Source: a virus (taxonomy: Duplodnaviria; Caudoviricetes). Taken from it: a stretch of 33,418 nt of DNA. The notes below the pieces were generated by a model. That model was given only the letters and a program-made list of their open reading frames with translations, did no database searches and was not told the origin of the DNA. Within the stretch, counting starts at the first letter, position 1. Every line of letters starts with the position of its first letter. The position numbers were made by a program, and so were the translations under genes. The stretch spans positions 1-33,418 of IMG/VR virus record IMGVR_UViG_3300011339_000572; one strand, 5' to 3'. This document shows, one piece after another, positions 15,024-24,892 of the stretch.

Positions 15024-16173
15024 CATTCGGGTAAAGCTGACCCGGCCGGCCGCCATCACGGTGAAGGCATTGGCCGGCGATAAGCGGTACATCTGCCATG
15101 AGGGTGGGTCAAGGTCAGGCAAAACCTTCGGCATCATCCAGGCACTGATCTTCTGGGCAACAAACAACGACCGGAAGAAGATCAGCGTAGTGAGCCACTC
15201 CCTCCCGCATCTGAAGCGTGGTGCCATGAGGGACTTCTTCGACATCCTTGAGTCATGGGGGTGGTACGATGAGGAGCAGCACAACAAGACCGATGCCATC
15301 TACACGTTTGAGAACGGCACGTACATCGAGTTTTTTGGGCTTGAGGATCACGACCGAGCGAAGGGGCCTGGCCGTGACATCCTCTTCTGCAACGAGGCCA
15401 ACCTTCTCTCGAAGGCTCTATTCGATCAGCTCGATATGCGGACACGGTTCAAGGTCATCACCGACCTGAACCCATCCGACTTCGACATCTGGTGCTACCA
15501 CCTTGCTGACTCTGACGAGGCGGTAAAGGTGCACAGCACTTATCGCGACAACACCCATCTGCCAGAACCACAGCGCAGGGTCATTGAGGGGTACCAGCAC
15601 GCTGACCCAATGATGTGGAAGGTGTTTGGGCTTGGGGAGAGGGGAGCAAGCCAAGAGCAGATCTACACGCACTGGAAGCTTGTGGAGAAAGTGCCGCAAG
15701 GGGAGGTCTTTTACGGGCTTGACTTCGGCTTCAGAAACCCAACCGCAATGGTGCGCGTGACATTGGCAGATGATGCGCTTTATGTGCATGAATTGTACTA
15801 CGAGTCAGGCATTACGACCGGAGAGCTGACCAGCATCATCCCGGACAAGGTGCATGACCCATACAGCGAGATTTACTGCGATGCTGCCGAACCCAAGACT
15901 ATTGAGGAACTTTACCGGCAGGGGCTGAATGTCAAGCCTGCCGACAAGGATGTCTATGCCGGCATCATGAAGGTGAAAAGTTTACCTTTGTTCGTGACCT
16001 CAAGCAGCAAGAACCTAATCCACGAACTCAAGAAGTACAAGTGGAAAACGGACATGAACGGCAAGGTGATAGACAAAGAGCCGGTGAAAATGGATGACCA
16101 CTTGGTTGATGCGATGAGATACGCAGTGTTCACGAAACTAAAACAGCCCAGGCTCACCTGGGGAGTGATATGA
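15004..16173 (+). CDS. terL: Terminase large subunit, PBSX/SPP1-like
   Basis: EGGSRSGKT Walker A, FCNEAN Walker B, DLNP, GLDFGF, DAAEP, DDHLVDAMRYA. Confidence 0.95.
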   Translation: MQMQPPDIRVKLTRPAAITVKALAGDKRYICHEGGSRSGKTFGIIQALIFWATNNDRKKISVVSHSLPHLKRGAMRDFFDILESWGWYDEEQHNKTDAIYTFENGTYIEFFGLEDHDRAKGPGRDILFCNEANLLSKALFDQLDMRTRFKVITDLNPSDFDIWCYHLADSDEAVKVHSTYRDNTHLPEPQRRVIEGYQHADPMMWKVFGLGERGASQEQIYTHWKLVEKVPQGEVFYGLDFGFRNPTAMVRVTLADDALYVHELYYESGITTGELTSIIPDKVHDPYSEIYCDAAEPKTIEELYRQGLNVKPADKDVYAGIMKVKSLPLFVTSSSKNLIHELKKYKWKTDMNGKVIDKEPVKMDDHLVDAMRYAVFTKLKQPRLTWGVI

Positions 16174-17552
16174 GCATAATCGACAGACTATTCAGAAAGA
16201 AGGGATTGAACCCGGCAGCGATGCAATACGCATTCATGCCGATGAATCAAGGGCAAATCCTTCAGCAATTTGATGCCCAGCGGTACACTGACGCATACCA
16301 AGATAACGCTGATGTGTACGCCATTGTGAGCTTCCTTGCTCGCAAGGCTGCAAGCATCCCTTGGTACGTGTACGAGAAGAAGAGCGGCGCAAAGGCACGG
16401 GTCAGCCTTGAGCGGTACAAGCAACTGACCAAAGGCCTTGGCAATCCGGGTGCGCTTGATCGCGCCATCCAGGAGCGCAAAGCGGCATACGATGAGAACA
16501 TGATTGTGGAAGATTCGCCGGTGGCAAATCTGCTCAAGAATCCGAATGGCTACCAAGGGCAAGATCAGTTCTTTGAGCAGCTTTTTGGCATGCGCTTCCT
16601 GACAGGCGAAGGCTTTGTCTGGGGCAACGATGGCAACATTGACGAGGGGGAGTTCACTGAATTGCTGGTAATGCCGAGTCAGTTCATGGACTTGATTGCT
16701 GACCCCAATGACCTCTTCGGTGTGCTTGGATGGCTGCTAACTTCCGGAAATGGCAACATATCACTCCAGAAGTCGGACATCCTGCAATGGAAGTCGTGGA
16801 ATCCGAAATTTGACTCCGTCACCCGTCCCCACCTTCGGGGCGTGTCACCGATACAAGCAGCCTGGAACAACTACCTCATGGGCGTGGAGAGTCAGAAGGC
16901 CGCTGCCAAGCTGATGGCCAACGGCGGTGCGAAGGGTGCGCTTGTGCCGAAGGCCATCGGCAACCAGATACCGCTTGTTGACGAGAAGACCGCTGCCAAC
17001 ATGCAGCGGGCACTTGCTGACCGCGTGAACAACAACGACCGGTATGGTCAGGTGGCGATGCTCCAGACTCCTTGGGAGTTCCTGAACTTCGGCTTGACCT
17101 CTTCCGAGATGGCACTTATCGACACGATGAAATTCAGCCTTGAGCAGTGGTGCCGGGTCTTCTCCATGCCGGTGGTGCTATTCTCTGCCGACAACATGGC
17201 CGACAATAACTACCAGAACGCACTCCGTGACCTCGTCACCAACACCATCGTGCCGATGTGTGCACAGCTCCGCGATGAGCTGAACAAGTGGCTCGTGCCG
17301 AGGATGGGTGACAAGAACGTATTCGTTGACTTCGACATCATGGCCCTGCCTGAACTGCAAAGGGACATGGAGAAGATGGTGAACGGTCTGCGGTCTGCCG
17401 ATTGGCTGACCTATGATGAGAAGCGCGTGGCGATGAACTACGAGCCGAAGGGCGGGGCGTATGATGCCGCATACATCGCGCAGGGCATGATACCCATCGA
17501 CCAGGCTGCAATGGACTTAAGTGCTGGAGAGCAACAGCTCGGACAGATATGA
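16170..17552 (+). CDS. Portal protein, HK97-like
   Basis: VYAIV...ASIPW, LLKNPN, GEGF, RGVSPI motifs. Follows TerL. Confidence 0.93.
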   Translation: MSIIDRLFRKKGLNPAAMQYAFMPMNQGQILQQFDAQRYTDAYQDNADVYAIVSFLARKAASIPWYVYEKKSGAKARVSLERYKQLTKGLGNPGALDRAIQERKAAYDENMIVEDSPVANLLKNPNGYQGQDQFFEQLFGMRFLTGEGFVWGNDGNIDEGEFTELLVMPSQFMDLIADPNDLFGVLGWLLTSGNGNISLQKSDILQWKSWNPKFDSVTRPHLRGVSPIQAAWNNYLMGVESQKAAAKLMANGGAKGALVPKAIGNQIPLVDEKTAANMQRALADRVNNNDRYGQVAMLQTPWEFLNFGLTSSEMALIDTMKFSLEQWCRVFSMPVVLFSADNMADNNYQNALRDLVTNTIVPMCAQLRDELNKWLVPRMGDKNVFVDFDIMALPELQRDMEKMVNGLRSADWLTYDEKRVAMNYEPKGGAYDAAYIAQGMIPIDQAAMDLSAGEQQLGQI

Positions 17553-17746
17553 CGGCAGACGATCTGCATATCATCAACACGCTCGTCATGGCACGCTTCC
17601 CGAAGCTGCCCACAGAGCGTGGGTGCATAACGGAGAAGCGCATGAGAGATGCGGCGCGCGAAGCATACCGGACAAGATTGATCAATGACATCACGGCAAA
17701 GAAGATCGTACTGGAGGAGATGGCACCAGCTCCTGAAAAAGCATGA
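17549..17746 (+). CDS. Hypothetical protein
   Basis: ATGA-coupled to the portal stop, but overlaps the next gene by 62 nt. Confidence 0.55.
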   Translation: MTADDLHIINTLVMARFPKLPTERGCITEKRMRDAAREAYRTRLINDITAKKIVLEEMAPAPEKA

Positions 17747-18497
17747 GGATGCCAATGTTACGCGTGTGCAGCGTGCTTTGACCAAGCAGGCAGAGCAGTT
17801 CATTGCGGAAGCCGAGCGCATCGGCTTTGACCGTGCGTTTCAGCAGTTCACGCTCCTGAATGAGGATTTGCTTAATGTCATCAGCAAGCTCCACAAATCC
17901 GTGGCAATGGAGTTCGGTCGGCTCACCAATCAGCAACTCAAGCGCGGGCAGAAGGTATCCTTCTTCAACGCCAACTTCCTGCTCAACATCACCGAACTGC
18001 TGACCCGTCAGGCTCTTGATCTGCTTTCACTGATTGAGGCAACGACCAAAGAGCGCATCCTTGACATCCTTGTCCAAAGCACGCAGGAGCGGTGGGGCTT
18101 TGCAGAGATTGCGCGCAGGATCACACCAGAAGTCGCGTCAGAATCACGCGCATTGACTATCACCCGTACCGAGAGCAACCGCGCCGCCAACCTTGCTGCC
18201 ATTGAAGCAGCCAGGCTGCAAGACTACGAGGTGACAAAGGAGTGGATCAGCACACTCGACTTCAGGACGCGCCGGTACAAAGAAAAAGATCAGTACGACC
18301 ACGCAAAGCTCGACGGAGATGTGAAGGAGCTTGATGAGAAATTCACACAAATGGGTAGGACAAACAATCTAATGGCATCGGCTGACTACCCACTCGACCC
18401 GGCAGCTCCTGCCGCTTTTACGATAAATTGCAGATGCGTGCTTGGCTTTGAGAATAAGCGGGACGCACAAGGACGATTGATACCAAAAAGACGATAA
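17685..18497 (+). CDS. Minor head morphogenesis protein (SPP1 gp7 / Mu F-like)
   Basis: RALTITRTE, KEWIS..D.RTR, H..LDG, YPLDP, INCRC. Confidence 0.9.
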   Translation: MTSRQRRSYWRRWHQLLKKHEDANVTRVQRALTKQAEQFIAEAERIGFDRAFQQFTLLNEDLLNVISKLHKSVAMEFGRLTNQQLKRGQKVSFFNANFLLNITELLTRQALDLLSLIEATTKERILDILVQSTQERWGFAEIARRITPEVASESRALTITRTESNRAANLAAIEAARLQDYEVTKEWISTLDFRTRRYKEKDQYDHAKLDGDVKELDEKFTQMGRTNNLMASADYPLDPAAPAAFTINCRCVLGFENKRDAQGRLIPKRR

Positions 18498-18499
18498 CA

Positions 18500-20059
18500 A
18501 TGCCAGTAGAGCAATGTAGCAACGGAAAATGGCGCATCGGAGATGGTGAGTGTGTGTACACCACCGAACGAGCGGCCAACCGTGCATATCAAGCATATCT
18601 TGCCATTGAAGGTGAAAGCGCAGCAGAACACGAAGAGAAGGCAGATGTCAATCGCATCAGCTTCGACTTCGATGATACTCTTGAGTACCCAAAGCTGCAG
18701 GCAATAGCCAAGCGTTACATGGCAGAAGGCAAGACGGTGTATCTCATAACCCGCCGGCGGTCGGAAGATAGCGCGGAGGTGTATGAGGTGACCGATGAGA
18801 TTGGCATCCCACGCCGGCGTGTCATCTTCACCAATGGGCAGATGAAATGGCAGACCGTGCAGCGTCTTAACATCGGCCATCACTACGACAACAACGAAGA
18901 TGAGGTCATGCTGATCCGCGAGAACACCGATGCACGCGCCACACTCGTCAATGAGGATGAGATGGAGGACTACGAAGATTTGGAAGATGACCAAGAAGAA
19001 AATGACGATGACGAAGAGATGAAGCACATCGTCAACACCATCATGCACAAGGAAGAGACATATAACGACTATCCGGAAGCGGCCACCAACAATGCACGGC
19101 GAGCATTGAAGTGGAAGGAAGAGAATGGCAGCACATGCGGCACGCCGGTGGGGTGGACACGCGCTAATCAGCTCGCCAACCGAGAGCGCATCAGCCGCGA
19201 CACGATCGCCAGGATGGCATCATTCAAGCGACATCAGCAGAACAAGGATGTGCCGTATAGCGAAGGCTGCGGAGGGCTGATGTGGGATGCATGGGGAGGC
19301 GATGCAGGCATAAACTGGGCTATTCGTAAATTGCAGCAGATTGACGGCAAAAACAACAGCATGATTTACGGATATAAGCGCATGACGCAGGAGGTGAAGG
19401 ATGTCGATGCCAAGAAGGGCATCGTCACCGGGTACTTCTCTGCTTTCAACATAAAAGACTCCGATGGTGACATTATCGTTCCAGGAGCATTTCAGAAGTC
19501 ACTATCCGAATGGTTCCCGAAGGGACGCATCAAGCACCTCCTGAACCATGACCCGCGCCAACCGCTTGGCAAGCTGATGGAGCTGAAAGAAGACTCTTAC
19601 GGTCTGTACTACGAATCGCAGATCGGCACCCATAACCTTGGCCGCGACTTCATCAAGATGGTTGAAAGTGACCTTGTCAAAGAGCACTCGATTGGCTTCA
19701 ACGTGAAGGGCAGCCGGAAGGGCAAGGATGCTACTGAACTCTATGACGTAGTTTTGTATGAAGGAAGTTCTTTGACGAGCTGGGGGGCCAATGAGTACAC
19801 CCCGATGCTCGGACTGAAATCAATGGATGCAAGGATCGAAAGGGTCAAGAAGTTAGAGAAGTTCATCAAGCACACAAGTGCCACCGATGAAACAATCGAG
19901 CTTCTGATGCTTGAGATCAAGCAGCTGAACCAACTTATCGAGGACTTGAGTAGCCAGCCGGCAGTCGAAGAGACACCGGCAGAGCCAAAGGTTGAAACCG
20001 AAGATGTTGCGCAAAAAGCTGCCACTGCACTCGATATTTTGACATTAAAATATTTCTAA
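18500..20059 (+). CDS. Multidomain HK97-type prohead protease (HAD-like and unknown domains fused N-terminally)
   Basis: C-terminal GYFSAFNIKDSDGDII.PGAF, LLNHD, HSIGF, LYEGS..WGANE (S78 protease). N-terminal ISFDFDDTL (HAD DxDxT). Confidence 0.88.
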   Translation: MPVEQCSNGKWRIGDGECVYTTERAANRAYQAYLAIEGESAAEHEEKADVNRISFDFDDTLEYPKLQAIAKRYMAEGKTVYLITRRRSEDSAEVYEVTDEIGIPRRRVIFTNGQMKWQTVQRLNIGHHYDNNEDEVMLIRENTDARATLVNEDEMEDYEDLEDDQEENDDDEEMKHIVNTIMHKEETYNDYPEAATNNARRALKWKEENGSTCGTPVGWTRANQLANRERISRDTIARMASFKRHQQNKDVPYSEGCGGLMWDAWGGDAGINWAIRKLQQIDGKNNSMIYGYKRMTQEVKDVDAKKGIVTGYFSAFNIKDSDGDIIVPGAFQKSLSEWFPKGRIKHLLNHDPRQPLGKLMELKEDSYGLYYESQIGTHNLGRDFIKMVESDLVKEHSIGFNVKGSRKGKDATELYDVVLYEGSSLTSWGANEYTPMLGLKSMDARIERVKKLEKFIKHTSATDETIELLMLEIKQLNQLIEDLSSQPAVEETPAEPKVETEDVAQKAATALDILTLKYF

Positions 20060-20082
20060 ACAATTTTTACAATCGTAACAAA

Positions 20083-21231
20083 ATGGAAGTAAAAGACATC
20101 GTCAGCGCGCTCGATCCGAAGCTCGCTGAAATCAAATCCCAGGTCAGCGCAGAAGTCGCTGCACTGGATGCCAAGCACTCCGCCACCGTGGCACAATTGA
20201 ACGAAGATGCCCAGAAGAAGGGCGAAACTCTCGGCGAACTGCGCGAGAAGATTAACGGACTGATCGCCGCCAATGGTAAGATCAAATCCGAGATGGAGGC
20301 TGATGCTTTTGGCGGTGACCGTCAGAAGTCGCTCAAGGCTGGCATCATGGACATCGTGGCTGCCAACTTCGACGCAATCAAGTCGGAGACTCCTTTCAAC
20401 AGCTCAAAGGCCGTTGGCACGATGACGCTCGGCAACAACCTGACCGGCACAAGCCAGATCAGTTACACCGACAATCCCATCCTGCGCAGCTTCTTCAGCC
20501 CGCACCTCTACAACATCTTCCGCATCATCCCGACTGCCACCGGCAACGTGACGTTCCCCCGCGGCAACGCCGCCATCGGTGAGGGTAGCTTCGGCACGCA
20601 GACTGAAGGGTCTGCCAAGGCACAAGTCGATTACGATGTAACGATGGTGAACACCTCCGTTCCTTTCGTAGCCGGTTACGCCAAGGTGAGCCGTCAGATG
20701 CTGCAAGACCTTCCCTTCCTCCAAGCGTATCTCTCCCAGAGCCTGCTTGAAGACTGGAACCGTGCCATCAACAACTCGTTCATGAGCACGATCACTGCAT
20801 CTGCTACTGCCGGCAGCACCTCTGCCACTCCGGTTGCAGAGCGCGTGATTGATTATGTTGCCCAGCACCTGGCTCTCGGTCTCGGTCAGCCCAATGTAAT
20901 CCTGACCACGCACGCAGTGTGGGCATCAGTCCTGAAGACGCAGCCGACCAACGGAAGCTACGGCGTACCGGGCGGCATCACCATCGGCGCACAAGGTGAG
21001 ACCCGCATCGTTGGCATTCCTCTGGTTCCTCACTCTCAAATCGTGAGCGGCAAGATCTATGTCATGAACACTGATGCGTTCGCAATCGCCCAAGCTTCCG
21101 GCCTCGCTGTTCGCTCTACGGAGACCGATCAGGATGACTTCGTGAAGAACCTGGTGACTTACCGTGCTGAAGCCCGTGTTGCTCTGCTTTCCTTCCAGCC
21201 TACCGCTGCGATCTACGGAAGCGCGAGCTGA
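20083..21231 (+). CDS. Major capsid protein, HK97 fold
   Basis: N-terminal coiled-coil delta domain, EGSAK, VSRQMLQD, IVGIPLV, FVKNLVTYRAEAR. Confidence 0.95.
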   Translation: MEVKDIVSALDPKLAEIKSQVSAEVAALDAKHSATVAQLNEDAQKKGETLGELREKINGLIAANGKIKSEMEADAFGGDRQKSLKAGIMDIVAANFDAIKSETPFNSSKAVGTMTLGNNLTGTSQISYTDNPILRSFFSPHLYNIFRIIPTATGNVTFPRGNAAIGEGSFGTQTEGSAKAQVDYDVTMVNTSVPFVAGYAKVSRQMLQDLPFLQAYLSQSLLEDWNRAINNSFMSTITASATAGSTSATPVAERVIDYVAQHLALGLGQPNVILTTHAVWASVLKTQPTNGSYGVPGGITIGAQGETRIVGIPLVPHSQIVSGKIYVMNTDAFAIAQASGLAVRSTETDQDDFVKNLVTYRAEARVALLSFQPTAAIYGSAS

Positions 21232-21251
21232 TCCGACCTCTGATAAATACA

Positions 21252-21283
21252 AAGGGAGTGGGGACATCGTGCCCTGCTCCCTT
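21252..21283 (+). terminator. Hairpin after the capsid gene, probable terminator
   Basis: AAGGGAG...CTCCCTT outer stem with a GC-rich inner stem. U tract is weak. Confidence 0.55.
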
Positions 21284-21290
21284 AAATTTG
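21283..21290 (+). promoter_or_regulatory. Bacteroidota -7 box TAAATTTG upstream of the methyltransferase/glycosyltransferase pair
   Basis: Exact TAnnTTTG in the intergenic region. Confidence 0.55.
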
Positions 21291-21368
21291 TAACAACAGT
21301 ACTCGCCACGCTTCTCATTGATCAGCGTACCAGGGCGAGTCTTTTGCTTTAACACACAAACACACAGC

Positions 21369-21929
21369 ATGCCCATCGGCTCCTACTCTTCTTTCCGTGA
21401 CATCATGCGTCAGGTATTGATGCACTCCCCAAAGACCATCCTCGACCTCGGCATCGGGCACGGCATCAATGGTGCAGGCATACGGAACTGGCTCAATGTC
21501 GGTATCAAGGATAACTACAAGCAGACCACGCTCATCGGTGTGGAAGGCTTCATGGAATACCGCTCACCATTGTGGGATTGCTATGATTGGGTTTATACTT
21601 CCACTATTCAACGGTATTTAGAGGCAGAAGATCGGGAATTCGACTGCGTCCTAATGACCGATGTGATTGAGCACTTCGACAAGGATGAAGGCAATGCAAT
21701 CATCAGCAAGATCGTGAACACAAAACTGGCTCTCGGCGGCATCCTCCTCATCAGCACGCCGGCCGTATGGATCGAGCAGGGCGCAGCCTACGGCAACCAA
21801 CTTGAGACTCACCGCAGCCTTTGGCACTTTACTGACTTCATCGGCATGCCGGGCGTGGAGATCATAAAGGATGGTCGTGAGGATGATATGGGCTACAAGA
21901 TGCTGGTCGTGAAAATTACCAAGGTATGA
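21369..21929 (+). CDS. Class I SAM-dependent methyltransferase (small-molecule/glycan type)
   Basis: ILDLGIGHG motif I, IGVE, FDCVLMTDVIEH, GGILLISTP. No DPPY or PCQ DNA-methylase motif. ATG 21369 follows a CA leader. Confidence 0.88.
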   Translation: MPIGSYSSFRDIMRQVLMHSPKTILDLGIGHGINGAGIRNWLNVGIKDNYKQTTLIGVEGFMEYRSPLWDCYDWVYTSTIQRYLEAEDREFDCVLMTDVIEHFDKDEGNAIISKIVNTKLALGGILLISTPAVWIEQGAAYGNQLETHRSLWHFTDFIGMPGVEIIKDGREDDMGYKMLVVKITKV

Positions 21930-22918
21930 AGCTGCTGAACTCCATCCATCTCTACCCACCGCAGCACACGTGTGGCGCGGAATTCATGGCACATTGGATC
22001 AACAAGGACATCAAAGCAAATGGCGGCGATGTGCGTGTACTTCTGCATCAAGCCCGCCACTACCGCATCAATAGCATGTACACCTATGATGGCATTGATG
22101 TCTTCCCACCAGAGGACATGGTGATTGAGCGACTCATTGGGTGGAGCGATGCCATGATGACGCACCTTGACTACACCGATTGGAGCATCGGCATCGCGCA
22201 AGTTTACAAGAAGCCACTCTTCCACCTAATACACAACACCAGCACGTACAACCGCATTGTATGGGCAGACAGCCCGCAATACATCATCTACAACAGTGAA
22301 TGGGCAAAGGAGCAGTTGAACTATCAGCATCCGAGCATTGTCGTGCCTCCTCCATGCGATTGGCGGCACTACGATACCAATGTTGACCCATCGTACAACG
22401 AAGCCATCACGCTCATCAACCTGGACGAGAACAAGGGCGGGCACATCCTCCGGCAGATCGCTGAAGAACTCCCTCACCGCAAGTTCATCGGAGTGATGGG
22501 CAGTTACTCCGAGCCGGCAGATAAAGGTCAGCACACGAACCAACCGCCGAACGTAACCGTGCTTCCAAAGACTCCAACGATCAAGGATGTGTATGCAAAA
22601 ACGCGCATTCTTATCATGCCGTCAAAATACGAATCTTGGGGGCGAACGGCAACGGAGGCCATGTGCAGCGGCATCCCGGTCATCAGCTCTGGTACACCGG
22701 GACTTCGGGAGAATTGTGGCAAGGCAGGGCTTTACGTTGAGCGTGAAAATGTCAAGCAATGGGTTGACCAGATTGAGCGGCTCTTTAATGCAAAAGCTTA
22801 CGAGAAAGCAAGCAAGGCGGCTAAGATTCGCAGCCGTGAGCTTGACCCGATGGCATCCTTGGAGAGACTTCGTAACTTTATGCGTCAGTCGATCGCTGAC
22901 CATAAACGACAAGCATGA
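21926..22918 (+). CDS. Glycosyltransferase, GT-B fold (GT4-like)
   Basis: YPP..CGAE N-terminal motif, NKGG, MPSKYESWGRTATEAMCSGIPVI (E-x7-E). Confidence 0.92.
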   Translation: MKLLNSIHLYPPQHTCGAEFMAHWINKDIKANGGDVRVLLHQARHYRINSMYTYDGIDVFPPEDMVIERLIGWSDAMMTHLDYTDWSIGIAQVYKKPLFHLIHNTSTYNRIVWADSPQYIIYNSEWAKEQLNYQHPSIVVPPPCDWRHYDTNVDPSYNEAITLINLDENKGGHILRQIAEELPHRKFIGVMGSYSEPADKGQHTNQPPNVTVLPKTPTIKDVYAKTRILIMPSKYESWGRTATEAMCSGIPVISSGTPGLRENCGKAGLYVERENVKQWVDQIERLFNAKAYEKASKAAKIRSRELDPMASLERLRNFMRQSIADHKRQA

Positions 22919-23430
22919 ACCTCCTCATAGATACCGAGATTGTCCAGGACTACACGACCGAGCCGGTCAGTGTAGCCGAGGCAAAGACTTACATGAAAAT
23001 AGCGTTCACTGATGATGATGCGCTGATTGGGTCGCTTATCAAGAACGCACGCATCTGGCATGAGAACTACACCGGCCGAAACTACGGCACGCGCCAACTG
23101 CATCTCACCATCGAGATGACCGCCGGCGAACTCTACGAACTGCCTGGGCCGGTGCAGTCGATTGACATGGTGATGATGGACGGATGCGCCACGACCGATT
23201 TTAAGGCTTATGGAGCGAACGGCGCGCAGATATCAGTATATCACTCCGGCATATACGAGATATGGCTCACAACTGGCTATTCTGCCGTTCCTGACGATAT
23301 CAAGAACGATATTCTATCCATCACCGCGTACACATACCAGAACCGTGGCATCGACTTAAGCAACGAAGGAGCCAACCTTGTTGACTTCCCGATGATGGCC
23401 GCCCAATACTACCGGAGGGTGGCGATATGA
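22915..23430 (+). CDS. Head-tail connector (HK97 gp6-like adaptor)
   Basis: EPVSVAEAKTYMKI...DDALI..LI..AR...E.YTGR and GY..VPDDIK..IL.....YQNR. Confidence 0.9.
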   Translation: MNLLIDTEIVQDYTTEPVSVAEAKTYMKIAFTDDDALIGSLIKNARIWHENYTGRNYGTRQLHLTIEMTAGELYELPGPVQSIDMVMMDGCATTDFKAYGANGAQISVYHSGIYEIWLTTGYSAVPDDIKNDILSITAYTYQNRGIDLSNEGANLVDFPMMAAQYYRRVAI

Positions 23431-24023
23431 ATTTTGAATTGAAAGGTGTCCAAGGAGTGGTTAATGCTCTTTCACAGATAGAGAGTAAAGTATCGAGGCA
23501 AGTCGCAAGAGAAATCGAAGCAGGCGCAAACAGCATTGCCCGTGATGCAAAGCGAATGGCTCCGGTAAACTTTGGCGAAGTGAAGAACAGCATCGGGGTT
23601 GAGAAGATTACAAATTACAAGTTCAGCATTTTTGCCAATGCCTACCATGCTCCTTATATTGAGTTCGGGACAAGAGGGAAAGTAAAAGTCCCGACAGAGA
23701 TGCAAGATGTTGCGGCGGAAATCAAGGCGAGGCCAAAACGCGGAACATGGGATGACTTTGTTGACAACATATTTGACTGGATACAACGCAAGAAAATTGC
23801 AGCGACTCAAATCGTACAAATTAAAAGTGGGGCAAACAAAGGCCGTTTCAGAAAAGCAAGCGGATTGCAGCAAGCATTATATCAGCGGCAACTTGCTTTC
23901 TTGATTGCAAAGAGGATATACAAAAATGGCATAAATCCGCAGCCGTTTATGTATCCTGCGTTTGTAAAAAACAGAGCCAAGATTGTGGCAAGGATCGAGG
24001 AAATAATTAAGAGACCACAATGA
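23427..24023 (+). CDS. HK97 gp10-like neck/tail component
   Basis: AKRMAPV..G.VKNSI, HAPYIEFGT, QPFMYPAF. Confidence 0.88.
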   Translation: MNFELKGVQGVVNALSQIESKVSRQVAREIEAGANSIARDAKRMAPVNFGEVKNSIGVEKITNYKFSIFANAYHAPYIEFGTRGKVKVPTEMQDVAAEIKARPKRGTWDDFVDNIFDWIQRKKIAATQIVQIKSGANKGRFRKASGLQQALYQRQLAFLIAKRIYKNGINPQPFMYPAFVKNRAKIVARIEEIIKRPQ

Positions 24024-24445
24024 AGAACCCAGGCACATCACTCCGCAAGGCATTTGCTGCCGCACTGGCATCGCTGACATACGATGGAAAAGCGGTGACC
24101 GTTTATTCGCAGCTACCAATCGTCACGCTGCCGGACAATTATGTGTACATCAACAGCATGACGCATGCCCAAGTCGGCAACAATCAAATCTTCATACATG
24201 ATTGCTCGATCACATTGGATGTGGTCAGCAAACAATACAAGCAGCTCGACTACGATGTGACGGATGGAATAGCGGCAGAAGTGATGAACACGCTGGTCAC
24301 GTTCCCTTACTCCACGCTGATAGATGCAGACTTTCAATTCGTGGCTCCGGTGCTGGCATCAAGCAACTACCTTGTCGAGCAGGACGGCAGCGCATGGCTC
24401 GTTCGGAAATTGCTTACTTTTGATATGACATTAATCGAAAAATAA
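24020..24445 (+). CDS. Tail completion/terminator protein (DUF3168-like)
   Basis: Position before the tail tube gene, size, and VY...P..YVYI pattern. Confidence 0.7.
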   Translation: MKNPGTSLRKAFAAALASLTYDGKAVTVYSQLPIVTLPDNYVYINSMTHAQVGNNQIFIHDCSITLDVVSKQYKQLDYDVTDGIAAEVMNTLVTFPYSTLIDADFQFVAPVLASSNYLVEQDGSAWLVRKLLTFDMTLIEK

Positions 24446-24454
24446 ACCAACGAA

Positions 24455-24892
24455 ATGGGACAAATACAAGGTTCGGTTCAGAACATTGAGATCGATGTTG
24501 CCGGCGGCACATCTTACAAAACGCTTGTCTGCTTGCGGACATCAAGCGTGAACACTACCGTAACGGTCAACGAGGATGAAACCAACTGCGGTAAGCTGAC
24601 ATCAGTAGGCGATCCTGGTTTCTCTTTCTCATTCGATGCCGTTTGCGAAGTGGCTCCGACGATCTCACAAGTGAGCTACAAGGATCTGCTGACTGCTTCC
24701 GTAAACAAGACCAAGATCACGGTGCGCTTCCAGAATCCAACTGTTACCGGCGCGTCCATCGGAACGGTCTATTACCACCAGTGTGAGGCATACATCACCG
24801 ACCTGACGCTGAACCAAGATGCCGCGGGTGGTGCTTATGTCAACTTCTCCGGGACAATTCAGTCCACCGGCACGCTTGACATTACTCCGTAA
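24455..24892 (+). CDS. Major tail tube protein
   Basis: Siphoviral tube pattern (AYITDLTL...VNFSGTIQSTG). Lies before the chaperone and tape measure genes. Confidence 0.85.
   Translation: MGQIQGSVQNIEIDVAGGTSYKTLVCLRTSSVNTTVTVNEDETNCGKLTSVGDPGFSFSFDAVCEVAPTISQVSYKDLLTASVNKTKITVRFQNPTVTGASIGTVYYHQCEAYITDLTLNQDAAGGAYVNFSGTIQSTGTLDITP

Noticed and set aside
21369-21929. DNA methyltransferase for anti-restriction
   Set aside because: It lacks (D/N)PP(Y/F) and PC catalytic motifs. The DVIEH motif fits small-molecule/glycan methyltransferases.
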